IMG/VR virus record: IMGVR_UViG_3300023109_000011
Location: 34,113-98,112 of that record
From: a virus
Strand: one strand, 5' to 3'
Length of the DNA stretch: 64,000 nt
Shown: positions 28,967 through 38,400 of the stretch, one piece after another
How positions within the stretch are numbered: the first letter of the stretch is position 1
Layout: the number at the start of each line of letters is the position of its first letter
The notes under the pieces: generated by a model
Database searches by the model: none
Told to the model about the DNA's origin: nothing
The model's input: only the letters and a program-made list of their open reading frames with translations
Translations under genes and position numbers: made by a program

Positions 28967-29386
28967 TTAAACAACGTCATCTTCTTCTGATTGTCCAAGT
29001 GTGAACGATAGGGTACTGTGAATCGCAAAGCTTACGGAAGCTGATGCTTGTAGTATGTCTCCAGTTTTTAGAAATTGACCGTTCAATGGCAAAGGAACTG
29101 TGTCATAAGCCGGAACAGGTAAATTTTTAACAATGTGGAAAAACTGGTTTTCTACGTTTCTATATATTTCAACATCAACAGTAACCGTGTTTGCAGTTGT
29201 GTTACACAGGAGCAATGGAGAAATAACTTCGCCAACACCCGGCTCAACAGTAGTACTACCACCAAAGACTAATTCAGGTACCTCATAGTTAGGTACATTC
29301 ATTAATTCCTTCGCTGTAGTTTCAAGTATTAAACTACTGTATACCGGTTTCGCGTCTGGCGCCTGACTGGTAGTAATTGTTGCCAT
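28967..29386 (-). CDS. Small conserved beta-sandwich virion-associated protein
   Basis: 139 aa with LLLCNTTANTVTVDV...IVKNLPVPAYDT...LKTGDILQASAS, a pattern usually found beside giant structural genes in marine T4-like phages. Confidence 0.6.
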   Translation of the reverse strand: MATITTSQAPDAKPVYSSLILETTAKELMNVPNYEVPELVFGGSTTVEPGVGEVISPLLLCNTTANTVTVDVEIYRNVENQFFHIVKNLPVPAYDTVPLPLNGQFLKTGDILQASASVSFAIHSTLSFTLGQSEEDDVV

Positions 29387-29401
29387 TTTTTTCTATCCTA
29401 T

Positions 29402-32400
29402 TTAAAGTGACGCTCTACTATTAGAAGCTCTTCTTGCAAGTTTTCTTACAGATGATGTAAATGGTCGTCCTTCAATTCGTCCTGTTCGACCATTAATACG
29501 TAATCCTCTTGCGAAGTACTGGTTGTTCAATTCATCCGCACCTGACCATCTGATACGTCCACCATCTTCATTCAATACCGAAGCGATAGCAGAGATTGGC
29601 TGACCTAAGTTTCTAAAGTTCAGTGGCAATGCGTTTCTGTTAACACCTGCCGATGCACCGTTGAACTGGTGAGCAATGGATTCAACCAACGATCCGAAGA
29701 TCAATGTTTCTGGTCTTACCACGTTATCAATCAAACAATCATTAAACAATCCGGCAATCATTGCTGAGTGAGCCGCGTCAGGTGAAAGGTTACTAATCAT
29801 GTAATCTCTCATTCGTTCCCATGCACCTACGAAGGAATCTAGAAGTTCAGTGTTATTAGGACCATCGTATCTCCAATCGTTGATTGTAGGATCCCAATAA
29901 TATATATCACCCTCGTAGTGACTAACCGCCATGTTAGTAGCAACGATATATGCGTGGTTTGGTTTTTGACCAGTGACCGATGCTAGAATACCGCTACCAA
30001 CAGGACCTTGTAAAGAACCTTGATACTTCAAGCCCCGAGTAGTTGAGTTGAATACTGGGAATGCATGTTGACCTTTGTAATCGAAGAACGATGATGTAAA
30101 GGTTCTTATTGCATTCTGAGCACCAACCGCAATACTACCAGTGTAAGATGGTGAATTAACTTCTGTGCCATCCTCATACTTGAAGTCATTTGCTATTGCT
30201 TGAAGCAAGTTAGATGCATCGCGTCTAGTAAGAGGTAAGTTGATAAATCCGTATTCAGCACTTACATATCTTACGGTATCAGCAGCGAGATTAATCTTAT
30301 TCTCACCGATGATAAACTGAGCACCAGTAAACTTGTCTCCAGCATAAGCGTAATCAGGTTCTTGCTTAGCAGGTAAATACTTCGTATCTTTATTTATCTG
30401 AGTCAGATAGAATACATTTGCAAGCTTTTCAACTTTATCAGCTTCAACCTGAGTACCAAGCTCGCCTTTAGCAACCTGTCCTGCATACTTACCGAGAACG
30501 ATATCTTTACAAATTACACCAAGCTGTCTATAAGACTTAGCAGTTGCTTCACGTTGATTTTCTGGTACTCGATACTCGTTATTCCAGAAGTAGAAGTCTG
30601 CATTCCAACGAGAAGCGATGTTACCACCATAGTTCAAGTCATAGCTGAATGCATCGAGTAAGTAACCAACATCTCGGAAACACTTGGCTCGGTTATAATC
30701 AAGAGCATTAAACTCAGTGTTGATAAAGTGTACCAAGTCATTTGCTAGATGATCGACATTATCTTCGATTTGCTCTGCAGCTCCAATTAACTCAGAGTTG
30801 ACCCAAGAAAGATCAGGTCCTTCAAGCCCTGGTAGTGCATCAGTTGAATTTGCTCGAATAACATCTTCAACAATACCGATGAGAGACTGTGCAGCCGCTG
30901 CTTCGGTAGCTGTTCCCGGTGTTCCGAGGAACTGTTGATAAGGACCGTTAGCAAGTGAATCAGCATCAGCCGTTACGAATGTATGAGCAACTTGGCCTGT
31001 TCCGCCCGTTCCTACATTCATCGTAATCGTAGTACCCTCTACAGCAGTAATTGGGCATCCTCTGTTATAGTATGGGTGATGTGATTCTGGTGACCTATGA
31101 TTCTGGTTACCAGAGCCCATGTTGCAAGAGAATACAATACTTTCAGGAGCAAACCATACAAGATCTCCAACCTTAAAGTTGTTGCTTCCGATCGTTGCGG
31201 TAAATACTCCAGATGCTGGATCGTAAGTTGCATTAGTTGGAGTGTAAGTTGTAAACTGCGATACATCATTTTCTTGAACGACTTGTGACATTACAAGACC
31301 GAGGTAATCGTAAATGTCTGCAGTTTGCTTACGGGTATCTGCTGGAAGTACACTTACTCCATTTTCGAAGTAGATTCCTGCAGATTGTCTAGAAGCAAAG
31401 TTTCCGCCATATTGAACGTCGTGTGATACAGCATCAATTAAGTAACCGATGTCTCTTCGACATTTCGCTCCTGGGAAGCCTAATCCATTTTGAACTGCGG
31501 TCAAGTATGTAAGTACATTATCTGCTAGAGCAGGTACAGCATCTTCAACCGCTTCCTTACCAGCAATAACTGTTGGTGATTGCCATGTTTGTAATGGATC
31601 GACTCGAGTTGGGAATGTAGCATAAGATCCAGTCTCAACAACATTGGTAATAATCATACCTAATGCTTTTGCTCGAGTAGCGATCATTGGGTTACCAGCA
31701 ACATTACCGAGTTCTTGTCGATATGGATTTGAAACCTTAATGATAGCATTTGCTTTAGCACTTACAAATGAGTGAGCCTGAGTGTATCCACCGGCAGGTT
31801 CAACATTAACTGTAAATGTAGTTGCAGTAACAGCAGATACTCGAAGTGGCTTACGATAAACAGGATCTGTTACTCGTGGATGCGAGATCTCAACGGCTGG
31901 GTTATTACACTCAAATGTAATACCTTCCTTTTCGATAACAATGTAATCACCAAGACTTAATGTGTGTGGTGCCAAAGTAGTTGTTACCATTTCACCAGAT
32001 ACTGGATCATAAGCAACTGTACTTACACCGAATCGATCAAGTGGTCGTAATGGAATTTCTTGACGTTGTACAATCTTCTCGACCAACTCAGACATGTGAG
32101 TAAAGGCAAACTTAGAAGCTTCTCTCTGTTCGAGTGGCAGAGTATTAACTGCGTTATCAAAGTAGAGTTTAGCATTACCTAAGGTTGCTGCATTACCACC
32201 ATACTGAATATCATGTGAGATTCCATCCAAGATGTACTTGGTATCTCTTCGACATTTGTCTTCGCTATAAGGAAGAATCTCGAAGTACTCAGCAAGGTGA
32301 GCATAAAGACCATCTTGTACGCTTGGGATTACAGCTTCCAACTCAGTGAATGCAGTCTTGAATTCATCGACATAAGCATTAGATGCACTGTTTGGTTCTT

Positions 32401-35400
32401 CCAAAGCAGGCATACTTTCAAGTGAGTTATTTGATATTGCATTAGCAACTACAGAGAATAGTCTCTCAACTTCATTACCAACCGCTAGACCAGCACTACC
32501 TGAGTCTCTATTCTGTGTAGCACTGTTTGAGCTAGACTTAAGTCCCAGTCCATCGACATCTTGATCTTGTACGATGTACTTAGCAACCTCTGCAATGTGG
32601 ATGAATGTTTCAGCGGTCTTAGCTTGTTGATCAACCGGTAATACACTTACAGCATTCTCGAAGTAAAGTTTAGCATTTCCTCGAACTGCTGAGTTACCGC
32701 TGTGGTAAGTGTCAAAGATTACACAATCTGTTAAGTAACCAACGTCCCTCTCACACTTAGCAACATCATAAACATATGAAGGATAGTTGTCAGCAAGGTA
32801 AGCAGTGATTTCAGCCTGCATGAATGCTTTGTTATTCTTTAACTGTTCCCGAGCATTAATACCATTTAGACCACGAGAGCTTGATGGACCGAATACAATA
32901 TTATCAGCGGCTGTTTCACCGTTGGTCATAATGTCGATAAGCTCATTGAATGAATTCAGAGTCTTTGTCTTAGCAGTAGGATCGGTTACAGCGGCTACCG
33001 CAGCATCTCGAGTATATTCAATTGCAGAAACAGTTTCTGTTAATTGTTCAGTGATTACGTTATCAGCTAATTTCGTACCAATTCGATAAGCTAATCCATT
33101 GAATACCGCATTAAAGTTTGAATCGGTTAGAACATCTCGCTTAACTGCATTAATCAGAATTGCCATATCTCTGTAGCACTTTTCACCATCGAAGGTGTAG
33201 TAACGCTCTCTCAGATATTCAACAACGTCTTCAGCAATAAAGTCCTTGTTCATTTGGATTTGCTTACGTGCCACAGTCCTATTAGGATCAACTGTTGGGT
33301 TAGTAGCTTTAGGAATGTAATCAGCAGTCTTATCATCTACAAGGGCAGCAACTGCTTGGATCAAGTCATGTACCGCAGTACCGGTAGCAGCAGGAGCGGC
33401 TGTACCACTTGTATCCTGAGCTGGTACATTAGCAGATGAAGGAGTGATTGCAGTTTCTGTTACGACCTTTTCAGCAACATCTGCTAATCTCTCGAATGCC
33501 AATCGAGTTGGAACTCGTTGTATTTCTGGTAAAACATTAATAAGTGTACGTAGACCAGAAACGTTAGCAGTTGGATACTCTTCAGCAGTATCTCTCATTT
33601 GTCCTTTTACTTCAAGAGGAAGAACGTTAACGCTTCGTAGTTGCTCGTAATCACCGGATGTTTCATCATCACGTGAGAAGTAGAATGCAGCAGACTCAAT
33701 AGTAGAAGCATTGCCACCATACTCAATATCCTTAGATACCGAATCGATGATATGACCAATATCTCTGAAACACTTAGCCTTGTTATATGGAAGACCGTTG
33801 AATACGTTGATGATGTGTTCAATAACATCAGTTTGAAGGTTTTCAGTCTTACCATCCATTCTAGCAACGGCAGTCTCGAATCCAGCTTCAATGGTAGGTT
33901 CAACATAAGAAGGTAACCAATCAAGTGTGTCAGCTTCAATTGTCTTAGTGACAACCGTAACAAGATCACGACCTTTATTACCTAGGATGATTCCTAAATC
34001 TCCACCTGAAACATCCTGTGTTTGAACGTTTCCTGTTGTAGGTGTAATTGCAATTGCTCGAATAACCGAGTAGCAAACTTCAGCAATGTATTCCCAAGTT
34101 CGAACGGTTGGAACAACTTGATCTTCGGGTAATACAGCCATTGCGTTTTCAAAGTAAAGTCTTGCAAAGTTAACCGCACCAGCATTTGATCCGTGTTGAA
34201 TATCCCAAGAGATTGCATCAATCATGTATCCAGTATCACGAAGACACTTAGCAGTATCATAAGTAAGATTTGGATAAGTGTCAGCGATATGTGCTACTGT
34301 TTCAGCTTGGATAAACGTCTTGTTTGTCTGTAGTGCAACTCGAGCATTAGCATGAGCTACATCAACTGCATTAGTACCCCAAACAATCGTATCAGCATTA
34401 CCTGAACCGTTTGATAAGATGTCAATGATTTCGTCGAAAGCATCGTTGCTTCGAGTTAAAGCAGTACCTGTAAGTTCTTCACTAACCTCTGACTTGAGGT
34501 AGTTGATTGCACCAACAGTTTCTGTGAGCTGGTCATTAACGACCTTGTCTGCACCTACGGTTCCAATTCGATATCCCAATCCCATGTAAATTGCAGGATA
34601 GTTAGAACCAGTAGCAACCGAACGTCTTGCTGCATCAACAATAAATCCAGTATCTCGAGAACACTTATCACCATCAAATACGAAGTATTGAGTATCAAGG
34701 TATTCCATGATCTCAGTCTGAATCATGTTTCGATTTGCTTGGAGTTGCTCTCTAGCCAACTGCCCGGCTGTATTGGTTGTTACCTTTATGACCGCGTCAT
34801 TAGCCACACTCACGAAGGTGTGAGTCCCTCCAGATCCTGTACCTACATTGACAGTAATATTGTTTCCTGCAACGTTTGTAATCTCCATTGCGGTCTTGTA
34901 ATTACCATCTCCAACTCGTGGATATTGATGCTCAGTAGCATTACTATCCAGAGAACAGGTGTATGTAAAGCTATATGGTGTAAACTCAATACGATCACCA
35001 ATTGCCAAATCATGGTCAGGAATAGTAACAACACTGACTCCAGTTGCAGGATCGTATGTAGCAGTTGTTGGTGTGTAGTAGTTCAAGTAAGATGATGGAT
35101 CAGTCCAAACGAGTGGATCAGCAATGATAGCGCCAACATCAGCACTTACAAATGTATGAACACCGGTATAACCTCCACCAGCACCGACATTCATAGTAAT
35201 TGACGTCGTAGTTACCGCGGTAACTAATACTGGTTTCTTATAGAATGGATGGTGTTGCTCTGGACTTGCATGATCTTCTGGACCATTACCGTTGTCACAA
35301 CTAAATACTACACTCTCTGGCTTGATTTCTACATAATCACCAACCTGGACGTTGTGCTTTCCAATTGAAGCAACGAAGACACCAGTGTTAGGATCGTAAG

Positions 35401-38400
35401 TAGCATTTTGTGGAGTGTAAGTACCTGAGTAACCAAACTCTTTAACACAGTCAGCGGTAGCACTTACAAATGTGTGTACTTTATCTGTTCCTGCAGGACC
35501 AATGTAGCAAGTAAATGTAGTAGAAGATGTCGCAGTAATCTTGATCGGCTTACGATAAACTGGATCAGTTGGCCGTGGATGGGTAATTGAAACAGGGTTA
35601 CCACCTGCATCTGGGCATGTAAACGTAATGCAAGAATCTGCAAGTACAATTTCTTGGCCGGGCTGAAGATCATGATCACCAATTGTGCTAATCATCATTC
35701 CTGTTACAGGATCATAAGTTACGCCAGTTGGTGTATATGTCTTTCCGGTATTATTAACAATGTCAACAAGTTGACGGAACGAGAGATCTGCTTGAGTAGA
35801 TTCAGCATTACGTCCGACCGAAGTAACTTCAGAGATAGCATTAGCAACAGATGATACAAATGTATGTGGGAACAAGCCTGTTCCACCAGTACCTACATTC
35901 ATAGTAATTGTAGTTGCATCAACCTCGGTAACCAAACATGGCTTACGATAGAATGGGTGGTGAGCTGCTGGTGAAGTATGGTTAGTAGCACCACTTCCCA
36001 TGTCACAACTCATTGTAATACCGTTATCTGCAAACCAGACATAATCGCCAGGTTCTAAACTGTGAGTTCCTACCGTTGCAACAAAGATTCCAGTATTAGG
36101 ATCGTAAGTAGCATTGGATGGAGTAAACTGAGCACCAAACTCAACGCCAACATTGTCGGTAATTTCTTGTCGTGTATTAAACTGGAGATCTTCAATTGCT
36201 GCAACAGTCTGTGGCAGTTCATTAAGTATGGTTGACTCACCAGTTTTCTGACGATAAGCGATACCAGCTTGAATTGCGTTATAGTTACTACCGGTAACCA
36301 TGTCACGTTGTACAGCAGGTAAGATGTAATCTGTTACATCCCTACGGCAAGCGATGTTATCGTAATGGAAGTAGTTAGTATCGATATAATTCAATACCGA
36401 ATCTTGCATAAACTCTCGGTTAGCTTGAAGTAGCTTACGAGAATCTCGTCGAGCTTCCAAAATACCAGCGTCATCAGAGAATGTAATTTCAGCACCAAGT
36501 ACCGAGATAGCATTTGGTAAAGCTGATACGAAGGTGTGGGCTTTATCGACTGTTGCTACACCAGCATTAATTGTAATAGTGGTTGCACCAACATCTGTAA
36601 TTTCACATGGTGTGTTGTAGCATGGATCTGGACGACCTGCTCCACCCAATGCTCGTGGATGTGCGATTTGACCAATGCTTCCATCACCTTCACAAGCAAG
36701 AAGAATACTTTCTGGCTTGAATAGTATCTTATCACCTGGTTCTAAATTATGAGTACCGATGGTCATTATCATAACACCGGTAATGTGATCGTAATCTACA
36801 CCAGTAGGAGTAAATGTAGCACCGTTAGCTCGTAGTTGTGTAATAATTTCATCGAAAGCACCATCGACTCGAGCTGAACTAATGTAAGAGTTCGCATCAA
36901 GAATTTCGTTAGTACGATCTTTCAGGAATCGGTAAGCACCAATTGTTTCATTTCGTTGCTCACCTATAACCTTAGATGCAGATGCCATGTAGTATGCATT
37001 ACCGGCGGTTACTGCATTATAGTTTGTGTCAAGAAGCATGTCATTCTTAACTGCTGGCATGATGTAGTCAGTAGTATCTCTACGGCATGCAACACTATCA
37101 TATGAGTAGAACTGATCGTTATTGTCGATCCAGTTGGTCAACTCAGTTTGAATGAATGTTCTATTATCTTGGAGAAGTTCCCGAGCTGCAGTTTGTTCAA
37201 CAGATGTTGGTACCCAAGTAATTGGGTTAATGTTTTCTTCACCGTATTGAAGAACATTGTACAGTTCTTGCATCGAGGTATTTGCTCGTGCTACAATTGC
37301 TGGATCACCTTCGAAGAGATCTTGCACTCGAGCTTGCATGTACTCGTTAGCACCAAGAGTTTCTTCAAGCTGCTCGCCTGGGACTACATATGAAATTGGT
37401 GAACGGTAAGAAATACCTGCTAATCGACCCCAGTAGTTACTATCAAGAGCAATGTCATATCCAAGACCATCGAGGATAATCTTAGAATCTCGCTCACACT
37501 TATCAGCATCATATCCTTTATAACCCAATCCGCCCGAAGCAGTATTTGCAGTTATGAAGTCGACCATGTCGTCGATGATAAGTGGCTCATTTGCTTCGAT
37601 AGTGTCGGCAAATGCTGTGTTACCAAATATGTTAGCAGCGCTAGTAGACTTAGGAGCAAAGAACCTTGTGGTACCTTTTGCTCGCATTGAGATGTCACCG
37701 AACTGAGTACCTGAGTTGTTCAATGTCATTTGTCCGCCGTTCAAGGCGTAGAATGCAATACGTACGAAGATTGACAGAGAACCAATACCGTTTACACCAG
37801 CACCATCCCGTGCTACATAACCGATACCGTTCTGAGTACGAGGTGTGAAACCAAAACATAGTACATATGTATATAGTGAATCTGGATCTAGAACTCTTCG
37901 GTCTGCAAGTACACAACCACCACCTCGACCTACCAACCTGTTAGGGAAGTCGTCGATGCCGATGGATGCTACTGTTCCTGTTCCGCCTGATTCACATTGT
38001 ACGGTATCACCTACCGCAAAACCTCGATTGTTCTTAAGGTTTCGTACTCGAATCTTACGATTTTGGTCGACGTCACGATCAATACCCTGAGCTGCATCCA
38101 TGCTGTCATCCCAAGAGAGATAACCAACTGCACCAGATGAGAATGTAACTTCATCACCTTCTTGCCACAACGACAATGCAGGGTTAGCATTTTGTCCTGT
38201 CATGCCAACTTCAAGTGTAAACTCTCTACCAAGGTCAGCTAGTGTACCTTTGGTGTTGTATGGGTTAAGAGGTGGTTCAACATCAGAACGAACAAAGTTT
38301 GAAAGCTGAGTTGAGTCTCTCAAGTATGGAGAACGAAGTAACTTAGCGCCTGGTCGATAAGCAACCGCGAATCCACCTTCTGGGAAATCGAAGTTATCGA

